64,000 nucleotides of DNA, from NCBI GenBank assembly GCA_963663385.2, contig CAXXXD010000001.1, positions 384,001 through 448,000 of the forward strand, read 5' to 3'. Positions 20,661 to 31,299 of this stretch are shown here, in pieces. This DNA comes from Oceanispirochaeta sp. Its GTDB lineage: Bacteria > Spirochaetota > Spirochaetia > DSM-2461. The position numbers were made by a program, and so were the translations under genes. The notes below the pieces were generated by a model. The model searched no databases and was not told the DNA's origin. It worked only from the letters and a program-made list of their open reading frames with translations. Every line of letters starts with the position of its first letter. Position 1 is the first letter of the stretch.

Positions 20661-21719
20661 ATGAAAAACAACTATAAACCCGATTACAATAGAGTCATTT
20701 CGGCTGCTCTGAATAAAACAACAGATTACCTGCCCCTGTATGAACACAATGTAAGCTGTAATATTATAGAGGAGCTGTGCGGTTTAGAACTGGATTCGAA
20801 AATGGAGAGCCGCGACCCTGATCTGATTGATCAGGCCTTCAGGCATATTGCCGAATTTCACATTTCACACGGATATGACACCTACTCATTTGAAGGGTGT
20901 TTCACCCATATTATTCAGCAAGGTAAGGGTTTGACCGGAGAAGCCGGTCCCCTTATCAGGAACAGAGAGGATTTTGAAAACTTTCCCTGGGAGACACTGA
21001 CAGCAAAGTACTTCGACAGCTTCAAAATCTATTTCGACTCCATAAGAAGGACCCTTCCCGAAGGGATGAAAATTACCGGCGGTGTGGGTAACGGGATATT
21101 TGAAACGGTTCAGGATTTTATCCCTTATACAGAATTGGCCTACCTGGAGATCGATGATCCTGACATGTTCGCTTCCATATGGCAGAAGGTGGGAGACGCC
21201 ATCCATAAGGTATGGATCGAATTTCTGGGGGAATACTCGGAAATTCTGGCTGTTGGCAGGTTCGGAGATGATCTGGGTTTTAAAAGTGCCCCTCTGTTGA
21301 GCCCTCAGGTTATCCGAACACATGTCCTGCCCCAGTACAAAAAGATTGTAAAAGAGGTTCAGTCCAGAAACATTCCCTTTCTGCTGCACTCCTGCGGCTG
21401 TATTTTTGATGTGATGGATGACATTATCGATGATGTCGGCATTAATGCCAAACACTCCAATGAAGATGCCATTGCCCCCTTCCAGAGATGGGTGGAGGAT
21501 TACGGTCAGAGAATCGGAAATTTCGGCGGACTGGATATGGACGTTATCTGCCGGGAGTCTGAAGAAAATATCCGTCAGTATACACGCAATACACTTGGCA
21601 AACTCAAGAAAAGCGATAAGGGACTGGCCATCGGTTCGGGCAACCAGATAGCCAGTTATGTTCCTCCGGCCAATTTTGTCGTTATGGTAGATGAAATCAG
21701 GAAATTCCGGGGAGCCTGA
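20661..21719 (+). CDS. Uroporphyrinogen decarboxylase / MtaA-CmuA family protein
   Basis: FGDDLGFK, LLHSCG, GGLD, GSGNQI motifs; AGGAG RBS. Confidence 0.8.
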   Translation: MKNNYKPDYNRVISAALNKTTDYLPLYEHNVSCNIIEELCGLELDSKMESRDPDLIDQAFRHIAEFHISHGYDTYSFEGCFTHIIQQGKGLTGEAGPLIRNREDFENFPWETLTAKYFDSFKIYFDSIRRTLPEGMKITGGVGNGIFETVQDFIPYTELAYLEIDDPDMFASIWQKVGDAIHKVWIEFLGEYSEILAVGRFGDDLGFKSAPLLSPQVIRTHVLPQYKKIVKEVQSRNIPFLLHSCGCIFDVMDDIIDDVGINAKHSNEDAIAPFQRWVEDYGQRIGNFGGLDMDVICRESEENIRQYTRNTLGKLKKSDKGLAIGSGNQIASYVPPANFVVMVDEIRKFRGA

Positions 21720-21738
21720 TTTTTTACAGGCAAAGTCA

Positions 21739-21767
21739 TTGACAGAAAAGCCTGTTTTAGCTAATAT
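21739..21767 (+). promoter_or_regulatory. Sigma70-type promoter of tRNA-Leu
   Basis: TTGACA-N17-TAATAT ending 15 nt before the tRNA. Confidence 0.7.
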
Positions 21768-21782
21768 CCCTGAGTACCAATT

Positions 21783-21866
21783 GCCTGGATGGTGAAATTG
21801 GTAGACACGCTAGTTTCAGGGACTAGTGCTCGCAAGGGCGTGGAGGTTCGAGTCCTCTTCCAGGCA
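21783..21866 (+). tRNA. tRNA-Leu (CAG)
   Basis: GCCTGGA/TCCAGGC acceptor stem, CTAGT-TTCAGGG-ACTAG anticodon arm, long variable arm, GGTTCGAGTCC; CCA not encoded. Confidence 0.95.
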
Positions 21867-21868
21867 CT

Positions 21869-21907
21869 AAAAAGACCCGGTTACCGAAAGGAGACCGGGT
21901 CTTTTTT
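21869..21907. terminator. Bidirectional intrinsic terminator
   Basis: AAAAAGACCCGGT...ACCGGGTCTTTTTT between tRNA-Leu and the convergent glpQ. Confidence 0.85.
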
Positions 21908-21952
21908 GTTTCATATGATAAGGGGAGAGAACTCCCCATTGAATAAATAAGA

Positions 21953-23209
21953 TTACCAGCCGTATACCTTCAGGATATCATCTTTTGACGCATGAAGGGG
22001 TTTCCCGTAGTAATTGAGTGCAACATCCGTCCTGTTGGTAAAAATTCCATCAACACCGTTGTTCTGCACCATTTTCATGTCTACCTCTTCATCAATTGTA
22101 TATGCATGAACAAACATGCCCAGGTCATGGGTCATCTCATTCATCCATGGCTTGACAGTATCCATATAGCTCTGTTCGCCTTTTACCGGATCATTGAAAC
22201 CCGCAAGCTTTGCTCCGGGACCTGTGCATGTAGCGCCATTATCCTTTGCCCACTGCAGCCACATCTTGTAATTATCCTTTGACAGGGCTTCCCATTTAGC
22301 AGAAAACTGAGCATAGGTTTCTCCTTCTGCCTGTTTTTCCGGCTGATCCGCTCGTAAGGGTCCATAGGTTTTACTGAGATCTGCACCAGGTATACTCTGG
22401 TCAATTTTTTCTACTCCCCATTCCATGGCTTCCTTATTGGTATAAAGCCAGACAAGGAAACACTTGGGGGTCTCTGGCATGAACTTGTTCAGCAGGGGCA
22501 GGCTTGTCGGTTCAAAGGTCTGCAGAATTGTACGGCCTTTAGTGAACTGGACACCAACATTTTCTGCCGGATTAAAACCCTCAGGTGCTTTTTTTTCTGA
22601 AGAACCAAGCCATCCGCGGCTTTTCAGCTTTTCATAGAGATCTTTCTCTATTCCGGGAAAGAGTGTTGAAACCTTTGTTTCAATATACACACCGGGACGG
22701 TTGCCATTGTCATTGGGGTCCGGTGTCCCGTCAGCCAGTTTACCTTCTGCAATGTTGAGCATCTCATCAAGGGTACAGATTTTTGCTCCTTTATACGAGT
22801 CACGAGCCTGTTCCGGGTGAGCACTGTTGAACCAGGATCCAGCATCAAGTTTTTTGAGTTCCGCCAGAGTGAAATTGCTTATGGCATCACCGGCTCGGTC
22901 GGGATAGAGTTCTGCAACATTGCTTGTTCTTTTCAGATTATTATCATGGAGGGCTATAAGCACGCCATCTTTTGTTCGCTGAAGGTCGCATTCAAGATAT
23001 TCAGCCCCCATCTGTCGAGCCATAATATAGGCGGCTTCAGTTTCTTCTGGAGCATAGTAAGAAGCACCTCTATGGGCAATAACGGCATTGTAGGGTACCT
23101 CAGCTTGTTTGCAGATAGCTTTTTCGCTTGATCCTCCTGCGAAAACTGCTGATACAGAAAACAGCAGCAATACACAAAGTACAAGAATCATTGAAGATCT
23201 TTTTTTCAT
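21953..23209 (-). CDS. glpQ: Exported glycerophosphodiester phosphodiesterase
   Basis: Signal peptide; IAHRGAS..APEET, ECDL, HD, IETK, GVDGIFTN. Confidence 0.88.
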   Translation of the reverse strand: MKKRSSMILVLCVLLLFSVSAVFAGGSSEKAICKQAEVPYNAVIAHRGASYYAPEETEAAYIMARQMGAEYLECDLQRTKDGVLIALHDNNLKRTSNVAELYPDRAGDAISNFTLAELKKLDAGSWFNSAHPEQARDSYKGAKICTLDEMLNIAEGKLADGTPDPNDNGNRPGVYIETKVSTLFPGIEKDLYEKLKSRGWLGSSEKKAPEGFNPAENVGVQFTKGRTILQTFEPTSLPLLNKFMPETPKCFLVWLYTNKEAMEWGVEKIDQSIPGADLSKTYGPLRADQPEKQAEGETYAQFSAKWEALSKDNYKMWLQWAKDNGATCTGPGAKLAGFNDPVKGEQSYMDTVKPWMNEMTHDLGMFVHAYTIDEEVDMKMVQNNGVDGIFTNRTDVALNYYGKPLHASKDDILKVYGW

Positions 23210-23408
23210 TTGTTCCTCCGATAAGAATAATATTTGCCTTTATCTCTACCAGAATGTGAAAGAATGGGGCTAATAAACTATATAATCTGATAAGGTCAAA
23301 AAGAAACTGAAAATAATCTTCATTAGTTTAATATTCTGAACCGGATGTGAATAACTTTATTCTCTTCAGAGAAATATCAGAGATATTGTCAGATGAGATC
23401 TATGACTT

Positions 23409-24347
23409 TTAAGATTGAGCCGGGCCCTCTACTTCAAATTCTGCAAACGAAACAGAGGACTTCGTTCTCCTTTCCCACGACCTCTGGGAGATAACCACAG
23501 CACCCAGAATGCAGATAAACCCCAGGCACTGAATCCCGTTATACCTCTCCCCCAGCAGAATAAAAGACAGGGTAATCGTAAAAATCGGAACCAGGTAGAT
23601 AAACTGACTGGCCCTGACTGCCCCGATGGATTTAACCGCATAGGACCAGAAAATAAAACAGAACCCCGAAGCCAGCACCCCGAGGAACAGGAAATGACCG
23701 AATAATGGAAGTTGAAATACTCTTTCCGCATCCGGAACCTGACCGGAAGCCACTGTAACGGCCGCAATGACAATCCATCCGTAAAATACAGACTTGCGCG
23801 TAATAACCAGAGAGGAGTACGCACCGCTGATCTTTCTGAGAAGAAGCGTATAAAAGGCAAAAACAAAGGAGGCGCATAAAGCCAGAACATCTCCTTTTAC
23901 CGAAACTCCCTGGATGGTACCGGACTGACTGAGGATCGCCAGAAAACCACCGATGGAGAGAATAAATGAAACGACATATTTTATACTGAATTTTTCATCC
24001 CGATAAAATACAGCGCCCAGTACACTGGTTATTAAGGGAATGCTGGTAACAATAACGGATACATTGGACGCATAGGTATATTTGGTTGCCAGATTTTCCA
24101 GAAAATAATACAGAAACATCCCCGTTATACCTGTCATGGCAAACAGAATTTCATCTTTCAGACAGATTCTGTTCCTGCTGGGCGGTGCGAGCAATATAAG
24201 AACGCCCAATCCTATTGAAAACCGAACAAAGGAAATCTGCAACGCAGAAAAATTCTGAACCAGCAGTTTTGTAGAGATATATGTTGAACTCCAGATAATG
24301 ATAGCAGAAAGAGCGGTTATAAAGCCTGTTTTTATATGTTTATCCAT
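23409..24347 (-). CDS. DMT/EamA family transporter
   Basis: About ten TM helices in two repeats; IWSSTY...K, LLGE. Confidence 0.88.
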   Translation of the reverse strand: MDKHIKTGFITALSAIIIWSSTYISTKLLVQNFSALQISFVRFSIGLGVLILLAPPSRNRICLKDEILFAMTGITGMFLYYFLENLATKYTYASNVSVIVTSIPLITSVLGAVFYRDEKFSIKYVVSFILSIGGFLAILSQSGTIQGVSVKGDVLALCASFVFAFYTLLLRKISGAYSSLVITRKSVFYGWIVIAAVTVASGQVPDAERVFQLPLFGHFLFLGVLASGFCFIFWSYAVKSIGAVRASQFIYLVPIFTITLSFILLGERYNGIQCLGFICILGAVVISQRSWERRTKSSVSFAEFEVEGPAQS

Positions 24348-24372
24348 TCCTATCCTCCGGATTAAAACTATA

Positions 24373-25200
24373 TTAATCCGAATTGGTCGTATTGGATAAA
24401 ATTGCCTCCCTGTAATCCTGCGGTTTCATCCCGGAATATAGTTTAAACTGCCTGATAAAGTGACTCTGATCCGAAAAACCGCAGTCCAGAGCAATATCCG
24501 CCAGAGATCTGTCTGTTTCAAACAGGAGTATGGCCCTTTGAATCCGCATATTAATCTGATCTGCATGGGGCGTCAGCCCGTACCGCCGGGCATACTGCCG
24601 GATAAAGGAAAATTTACTCCTGTTTATCTGCGCCGCCATTTGATCAATGCTGCTGATTACTTCAGGAAGGTCTCTGATTCGGACGTGTACGGAATCCAGA
24701 TCATCCTTTCCCTCGGGAACATCTTTCACTTCCAGTCGCCCCTCTGTTATACCCTTCAACCCTTCGAGGACTTCCGATTCCAGCACATGGCAATCATCCG
24801 CTTCGATTCTTACAAACAATTCAATCATATCCGCAGAGGACGGTGCGGCATAGATATAAAAATTCTTTGATGGAAAGTGGAGATTCTTTTCCCACCAGTC
24901 CGGGTCAATATAGAACATAAGAAACTCAAACTGCTCCTCCCTATGGGGAATACACAGATGCGCTGTTTCCGCCGGAATCAGCACAAAGTCCCCGGGAGTC
25001 AGGTTATACTTCTGTCCCAGAATTGAGATGGTTGTGTCTCCTGATTTAATAAAACCGAGAGAAACCTCCGGGTGGGAGTGGAGGCGTTTGGCATACTCAC
25101 TCCGCCGGTTCTTGGATTTCATGGAAAGAAAGGGCAGGTCCCGATAGAATTGAATCACAGTTTCCTCCAAAACGCCTGAAAAAGCCCAGGGAATTATCAT
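24373..25200 (-). CDS. AraC family transcriptional regulator (start uncertain)
   Basis: LHSHPE cupin; CGFSDQSHFIRQFK HTH. Confidence 0.88.
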   Translation of the reverse strand: MIIPWAFSGVLEETVIQFYRDLPFLSMKSKNRRSEYAKRLHSHPEVSLGFIKSGDTTISILGQKYNLTPGDFVLIPAETAHLCIPHREEQFEFLMFYIDPDWWEKNLHFPSKNFYIYAAPSSADMIELFVRIEADDCHVLESEVLEGLKGITEGRLEVKDVPEGKDDLDSVHVRIRDLPEVISSIDQMAAQINRSKFSFIRQYARRYGLTPHADQINMRIQRAILLFETDRSLADIALDCGFSDQSHFIRQFKLYSGMKPQDYREAILSNTTNSD

Positions 25201-25287
25201 CGCTACAAGGATGTTCCCTTTGATAATACTCTATATTTCCATTAAAATTCAGTTTATATAATTTCATAGCTGAATCGGAGGTTTACC

Positions 25288-26793
25288 ATGAAACCATTAC
25301 GATCTCTGCTGTACGCAATCCTTATCGTTTCGTTTTTTTCCTGCAGTATGATTGAAGAAACCTTCTTCCCCGAAAAGAAGGAGGATGAGGCTCCGGAAGC
25401 CTCAGATGATTTTATAGATGCGGCCACATCCGTATTTGAAGGAATCGGACTTGTATTCGACACAGAGTCGTCGGACCCCACCCAGGGGACCTTTCCTACC
25501 GGAATGACCGTTGCCTGGGTAACACAGGATGTGGAACTTACCATTACCCTTGTATCCTGCCAGACAACGATTGCAACAGATGTCCTTTTAAGCGGTACAA
25601 TAACCATAACCCGCAGAGATGCCGATGAGACTGCAACCCTGACCATATACGGCGTTATGACCACAGGCAGCGGTACTCAAGTCACTATCGACGGCTCTGC
25701 AAGCTGGCCGGCACCGGGCGGAGAAATTGTTATGAGTGATGAACCGTTTTCCACCAGCGGTTCAATTACCGTCGGGGATGAAACCCTCAGCATCCGCGAT
25801 GCCATGGAATTGGTCAACCTGGATGAAGAGGATGAGGACAATCCCCCGACTGTTGCCAATATCCGCTTCCTCACAGCAGGAAATTATACGATTAATGCCA
25901 CAGACAATGGTACGACCTGGGAAGAAGTGTACTCATGGGATGGTAATTTCTGGGATGTCAGCAGCAATTCCACCAACCACAGTGTAGCCGTAGGTAAAGC
26001 AGCAGACGGCAGCGGTTATATTGTATACTCTTCCAATTTCCGAAACTGGACGGCGGCCGTATCAGGTGTAACACAAAGTATTATGTGTGTGGAAGCCGTG
26101 GGTGATATGTTCTATGCCGGGATAGAGGGTGCCGCGGAAGTTCTGGTTTCTTCCGATAACGGGGCCACCTGGTTTACCCAGGCCATCAGCGGCATGACCG
26201 CCATATATGACTTTGCCTCCGACGGCAGCAGAATCATAGCCGTCGGCGGTGGCAGAACCTGTTATACCGCCGATCAGGGAGCCACAACCTGGCTTGATCT
26301 CACAGACAGCGACAGCAGTGTTTCCTTTAATGAATACACGATCCGGGCGGTTGATTATTTCAACTCCCACTGGGTTATGGTTGGAAAGTCAGACAGTGAT
26401 AACACCATCGCCGTCTTTTATTCGGAAGACGGACTGGACTGGGTAAGGGATCCCGGTTTCAGTGCCCAGACAGGATATATGACATCCATTGCCAATGACG
26501 GCAGCGACAAAGTAATTATTTCCGGTCACACAGGATCAGAGTATGACTACGGCAACCCCATCCTTTATATGAGTTCTACCGGGGGAGAATCCAATTCATG
26601 GACCTCTGTCAGCACCGGAGTTACCTACCCGATTGTAGCTGCTGCCTACGGAGAGATGGGCAACGGAATATCCAACTGGATGATTGTATCCAATACAGGT
26701 AAAGCCTATTTCTCTACCGATGGAACAACATGGATAGAACGAAGTTCCGACTACGGCACTCACGGAGCCACCTACGTCCCCATCCTCCCATAA
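25288..26793 (+). CDS. Lipoprotein with BNR/Asp-box beta-propeller
   Basis: Lipobox FFSC; repeats ATDNGTTW, SSDNGATW, SEDGLDW, STDGTTW; GGAGG RBS. Confidence 0.75.
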   Translation: MKPLRSLLYAILIVSFFSCSMIEETFFPEKKEDEAPEASDDFIDAATSVFEGIGLVFDTESSDPTQGTFPTGMTVAWVTQDVELTITLVSCQTTIATDVLLSGTITITRRDADETATLTIYGVMTTGSGTQVTIDGSASWPAPGGEIVMSDEPFSTSGSITVGDETLSIRDAMELVNLDEEDEDNPPTVANIRFLTAGNYTINATDNGTTWEEVYSWDGNFWDVSSNSTNHSVAVGKAADGSGYIVYSSNFRNWTAAVSGVTQSIMCVEAVGDMFYAGIEGAAEVLVSSDNGATWFTQAISGMTAIYDFASDGSRIIAVGGGRTCYTADQGATTWLDLTDSDSSVSFNEYTIRAVDYFNSHWVMVGKSDSDNTIAVFYSEDGLDWVRDPGFSAQTGYMTSIANDGSDKVIISGHTGSEYDYGNPILYMSSTGGESNSWTSVSTGVTYPIVAAAYGEMGNGISNWMIVSNTGKAYFSTDGTTWIERSSDYGTHGATYVPILP

Positions 26794-26803
26794 AAATAGA
26801 ACA

Positions 26804-26948
26804 CCTCTCCCTCTGGGAGAGGGGATTAAGGGGTGAGGGTTTCCAGAAAAAGTCGCTTCCCGTAACTCTGCGAGGAAATCCGAGGGAGAGAGATTTCATC
26901 AACCATCCTGCCTTACACCCTCTCCTGAGGAGAGGGATTGGGAGAGGT
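26804..26948 (+). repeat. Two direct copies of a BoxC/intrastrand-triplex-like palindromic repeat
   Basis: CCTCTCCC-TCT-GGGAGAGG-GGATTAAGGGGTGAGGGT (26804-26840) and CCCTCTCC-TGA-GGAGAGGG-ATTGGGAGAGGT (26918-26948). Confidence 0.7.
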
Positions 26949-26958
26949 TTGGAGAGGC

Positions 26959-29571
26959 CTACAGACCTTTCGTCTTCACCCTCTCCAGAGCCCAAAGGGT
27001 ATATTTTCTAACCTTCTTGTCCGGATCCTGTTCCAGCTCCTGCAGGATCTGCTTTCCCTCTTCCGTATTCAGGGCTTCCAGAGCTTTTGTCACACTGACC
27101 CTTACTTCACTGTTAGGATCCCTTGCGGCCAGTACAATTCCCCGGAATGCCGCTTTGGTCCGGACTACCGAGAGAAAATCGGCCGCATTTTTTCTGATTT
27201 TCGGATCCCTGTGTTTCAGCAGCCTGATATTAGACTCCACATACCCCGAAGATTCCAGAACTTCCGCGATATAGTGATGGAGGGACGGGATATCTTCTTT
27301 CAGGAGCTCCACCATCAGACGCTCCCCGTCACTACCCATCATTTCAACAGACCGGCTGATATCATCCCGCAATTGAGGCCCGCCGTCTTTAAACTGTTCA
27401 ACCAGAACACTAAGACTCTTTTTATCCCGTTTCAGGCTGATCCCCTCCATACACTCATATTTAAGTTCGCCATCCTGATCCAGTTTACTGCAGAGGATCT
27501 CGACGGATTTGGTATTCACGGACAGAGACAGACCAATAATCGCGGCCTTTTTTACAGACTCCACCTCGTTCTCATCATTCATAAGAGCTTCCAGCTGCTT
27601 CAGAACGGAATCGGTTCCGAAGGCTCCCAGGGCTTTTGCCACTTCAATCCGGACATTTTCAACAGGATCCCTCAGCATTTCAATGCTTTTATTTAACTGT
27701 TTGGTGTCATTGTAATCGATCAGGGCCCATATACAGGCAATTCGAACTTCCGGATTCGCATCGTTCAAACCTTCCTGTATATATTTCAGAAAGGTTTTCT
27801 TGCCGGTAGCCGGAAGGCAGACAATAACAGAGGCCCTGCACTGTGCATCTACCGATTTCAGTATGGATTCCACTCTTTCATCAAACAGATCTTCTGCATA
27901 ACTGCTCAACATCCTGGCAAACTCTTTTCCTTCTTCCAGAGGAAGAATAGACAGATTTTCCAGAATTATCTGCAGACAGTACTCCTTTTTCAGATCACCC
28001 AGTAGTTTCAGCGCCTGAATCCGTACAGGATGGGAATATTCCGCCCTCCCCGCTTTGATTATATCCAGAACCATTTCCATCACATCCGGTTCCGGCATTT
28101 TCAAAAGAGTGGCACGCAGATCGTCCTTCAGGGGAAAATCGGGATCTTTCAAATACGATTCCAGAGTTGGCAGAAGAATACTGTGACTGCGGGAAGGGAT
28201 TCGCTCCAAAACCGACTTCAGCAGGATTTCATCTTTTCTGACTGCCTGTGCTTCTTTCTTCAGAAGATGAAATGATTCATCATTACCATGAAGAGAAATG
28301 CAATCCAGAGTATTACCGTAGATTTCGATCACTTCCGGATCTTTTTTATTTTCCCTATCCAGTTTAAAAACCTTTGAAGCAAGACAGTTGACAGCGGTCT
28401 GATTACCAACGTCTTTCAGTAAACGGGAAGCAACAAGGAGAGACCCGGGGTTATCAACCTTTTCAACATCCTGCAGAAAAAGGGTAACATTTACGTTAGC
28501 GGCATTCCGCAGCAGTTTATAGTTACGCTCCAGGTCTTCTTTATCATTAAGGTGACTTTCTCGGAAGAGCCGGCTTAAAACACCGCAGTCCTGAAGAAAA
28601 CGGGCAGCATTCTGCCTTAATTCCAGGTTCTCACTTCCCAGAATCGTCATTCCGAAATCCTGATCTTCCTGAGAGTTCTTATCCAGAAGCTGTACAATAT
28701 GTAAAGACTGCTCGGTGCCAAGATCCTCTTCCGACCATGTGTAAAAGGAGTGAAAATCCTTCAGAATCCGTTCTTTTGCCGCCCGGCGGACTTCCCAGAC
28801 AGGATCGTTCAGGAGCAGGTCCTTCAGAATATCAAACAGATAGGAACCGCTGATACTTTTCTGTTCCGTATCAAAGGGTTTTGTATCCTTGTCGATTTCC
28901 CTTACAACGGTCGATCGAACCAAACCATGAGAGTCATAAAAGGAGTCCCAGATGGCCCTGTCTGAACGAGCTTCACCATCATGCAGCAGAATCTTTACAG
29001 CCAGGTAACGGACCGCCCATTCAGGGTCGCCTGTTAATTCCCGGATTTCATCCATTCTATCCTGAAACAGAATCATTGCTTTATTCCCGTCAAAGTCCCG
29101 CCCGCGGCCTGAAAGGGCAATTCTTCTAAGAATCAGAAAATCCTTACTTTTATCTATAAAGGCAAAAAGGCCATCGGCAACTTTTTTATCATCCAGGGCT
29201 TTTTCAAATATGGAAAACAGACCCAGATCAGGAACAAATTCAAGAATCCAGTCCTGGAAATATTTCCTCCCGCTTTTCTCAAACTGCCTGATCCAGACCC
29301 CCCCCAGCTCCAGCTGTTCCGGCAGATTTACCCCCTGACACCTGGAAAGTTCTACAATCTGTTTTGATTTCTTACACAGCGAATCATACCCGTATCGGTT
29401 CATCAGGGGCTGAATGTTTTTACTGATTCCGGCTTCTTTCAGAAGTTTCAGAAAAACCTTTTTCCTGCGGTTCAATGCTATAAAGAAAACAAGAAGCGCT
29501 GTGATTACAACTGCTGCGGCAATGTAATAGTAATAAGGGATTCCTTTTAGAAACGGTAAAATGTTATTCAT
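26959..29571 (-). CDS. Membrane-anchored HEAT-repeat protein
   Basis: N-terminal TM helix; repeats DPEWAVRY, DPVWEVRR, DANPEVRI, DPVENVRI, DPNSEVRV, DPDKKVRK; ATG 29571 with AAGGA RBS, 13 nt after the cyclase stop. Confidence 0.85.
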   Translation of the reverse strand: MNNILPFLKGIPYYYYIAAAVVITALLVFFIALNRRKKVFLKLLKEAGISKNIQPLMNRYGYDSLCKKSKQIVELSRCQGVNLPEQLELGGVWIRQFEKSGRKYFQDWILEFVPDLGLFSIFEKALDDKKVADGLFAFIDKSKDFLILRRIALSGRGRDFDGNKAMILFQDRMDEIRELTGDPEWAVRYLAVKILLHDGEARSDRAIWDSFYDSHGLVRSTVVREIDKDTKPFDTEQKSISGSYLFDILKDLLLNDPVWEVRRAAKERILKDFHSFYTWSEEDLGTEQSLHIVQLLDKNSQEDQDFGMTILGSENLELRQNAARFLQDCGVLSRLFRESHLNDKEDLERNYKLLRNAANVNVTLFLQDVEKVDNPGSLLVASRLLKDVGNQTAVNCLASKVFKLDRENKKDPEVIEIYGNTLDCISLHGNDESFHLLKKEAQAVRKDEILLKSVLERIPSRSHSILLPTLESYLKDPDFPLKDDLRATLLKMPEPDVMEMVLDIIKAGRAEYSHPVRIQALKLLGDLKKEYCLQIILENLSILPLEEGKEFARMLSSYAEDLFDERVESILKSVDAQCRASVIVCLPATGKKTFLKYIQEGLNDANPEVRIACIWALIDYNDTKQLNKSIEMLRDPVENVRIEVAKALGAFGTDSVLKQLEALMNDENEVESVKKAAIIGLSLSVNTKSVEILCSKLDQDGELKYECMEGISLKRDKKSLSVLVEQFKDGGPQLRDDISRSVEMMGSDGERLMVELLKEDIPSLHHYIAEVLESSGYVESNIRLLKHRDPKIRKNAADFLSVVRTKAAFRGIVLAARDPNSEVRVSVTKALEALNTEEGKQILQELEQDPDKKVRKYTLWALERVKTKGL

Positions 29572-29584
29572 TGTCACTTCCTTT

Positions 29585-31159
29585 TTAAGCCATACCGGCA
29601 ACATTATATATTTGAATAGGTTTAATCTTACCCTTAACTTTAACAGGAGCTCTTTTCTCCAGGATAAAACGGTCATCCAGATAGCTTCTGGTGTCTTCGG
29701 TGATTATAATTTCACCTGCTCCGGATACACCTTCCAGCCTGGCCGCCAGATTCACCGTATCCCCAATAACCGTATAGTCCATCCGCCGGGAACTGCCCAG
29801 GTTACCTGCTACCAGATCTCCGGTATGCATCCCGAATCCGACTGCCAGATGCTCAGCCCTTCCTTTAAAAAAATGTCTGTCCTTTGATTTTACAAGATCC
29901 TGAATCTCTACGGCACAGGAAACGGCTTTTACAGCATCCTCCTTCTCATTGACCATGGGCACACCCCAGGCCGCCATAATGCAGTCACCTATGAATTTAT
30001 CGATGTAACCGCCGTATTTTATAACAATCTCTACGGCTTCCCTGAAGTATTCATTCAAAACCTCGATGATATATTCGGGTGTCTTATCCTCGGAGAATGA
30101 TGTATACCCCCTGATATCAGCAAAAAATACAGTGGCATGTTTCGTTCCCCCCCCGGGTTTAACCAGTTCCGGAGCATCAACAAGATTCTGAACAATGTCA
30201 TTTGACAGGTAACGGGCAAACATATCCTTGATAACACGACGGTCCTCTTTTGCAATATCCGCTGTAGCCTTCAGTTCCCTTTCTTTTGACTGATCCGTAA
30301 ACAGAAGTGTCAGACCTTTATGCTTTCCCCTTATCCCTCTCAGAGGTGATATATTCAGGGAAAAATCCATATCGCTGTCACCCGGGGAGTGCTTGAAGAT
30401 TCCCTCCAGTCCCAGTTGTTCCCTTCCGGATTCCTTGACTTTCTGAAGAGAGTTTAAAATCTTCTTACTCATATTTTTCCTGAATACAGTCTGAATTTCC
30501 TGTCCGATATGAGCCTCTGTTAAATGAAGACTCTCCTCGGCCTGTCTATTAAAGTATTCGATCCGGTCCTTTTCGTCTGTGGTAATCAGAAGATTTGTCA
30601 TGGATGAAAAAATACCGGTCTGATACTGTTCCAGCTCCTCCACCTGCTTAACATAATCCTTTAATTCCCTGAACAGCCTGGCATTGTGAAGCATCCCGCT
30701 CGCCTGCCTGGAAAAGGAGTTGGCAAAATTAAAACGGGCTTTAGTATAAAAATTCTCTTTTCTGGAATTCAGAAAAAGAACTCCTATATTCTGTTTCTTC
30801 GTAATAATGGGAAGAGCGATGCCGCTGTTCATCTGCTCATTCAGAAAAAGGTCATGAAAAGCCAGTTTCTTTCTTTCCTGTAAAACAAGTGCTGAGGGAC
30901 ATTCCTGAAGGAACTCAATGACTTCCGAATTCCCCGGCATCCCCACGGGGATCGGAAAGTTTCCTCTTTTGTAAATCATCTTGAGATCTGAGCAGGCAGC
31001 CTCATGATCTATATAAAGGTACAGGGCTGCAATATCGGAATGAGTAACATCCAGAGATTGCTCAACCAAAACCGAAATCAGTGGTTTAAGCTCGAATTCA
31101 CCGGACAGAAGAGTACTGGCTCGAACAAGTTCATCCAGAACACTTTGTTCATCAATCAT
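29585..31159 (-). CDS. Class III adenylate cyclase with GAF and PAS domains
   Basis: FADIRGYT, DKFIGD (Lys), YTVIGDTVNLAARLE (Thr, ATP-specific pattern), VKGK; N-terminal GAF and PAS. Confidence 0.92.
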   Translation of the reverse strand: MIDEQSVLDELVRASTLLSGEFELKPLISVLVEQSLDVTHSDIAALYLYIDHEAACSDLKMIYKRGNFPIPVGMPGNSEVIEFLQECPSALVLQERKKLAFHDLFLNEQMNSGIALPIITKKQNIGVLFLNSRKENFYTKARFNFANSFSRQASGMLHNARLFRELKDYVKQVEELEQYQTGIFSSMTNLLITTDEKDRIEYFNRQAEESLHLTEAHIGQEIQTVFRKNMSKKILNSLQKVKESGREQLGLEGIFKHSPGDSDMDFSLNISPLRGIRGKHKGLTLLFTDQSKERELKATADIAKEDRRVIKDMFARYLSNDIVQNLVDAPELVKPGGGTKHATVFFADIRGYTSFSEDKTPEYIIEVLNEYFREAVEIVIKYGGYIDKFIGDCIMAAWGVPMVNEKEDAVKAVSCAVEIQDLVKSKDRHFFKGRAEHLAVGFGMHTGDLVAGNLGSSRRMDYTVIGDTVNLAARLEGVSGAGEIIITEDTRSYLDDRFILEKRAPVKVKGKIKPIQIYNVAGMA

Positions 31160-31299
31160 GTTACATCTCCATAGGTAAACGACTGTTATTATAGAAATAT
31201 ACGAGAGATAACTTGTTCTTACAAGGTTTTAGCGAAACTCTTATAATGACCTCTCACCTTCTTTATGATATCATATCTGAGTCAAATCTGGAGAATGGA

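Noticed and set aside
26804..26948. CRISPR array or IS ends
   Set aside because: Only two divergent copies, no regular spacers, no cas gene or transposase.
21783..26950. Genomic island integrated at tRNA-Leu
   Set aside because: No integrase, and I saw no duplicated tRNA 3' end.
29585..31159. Cyclase as a Pycsar/CBASS defence enzyme
   Set aside because: GAF-PAS class III architecture with ATP-specifying Lys/Thr, and no recognisable cyclic-nucleotide-binding effector adjacent.
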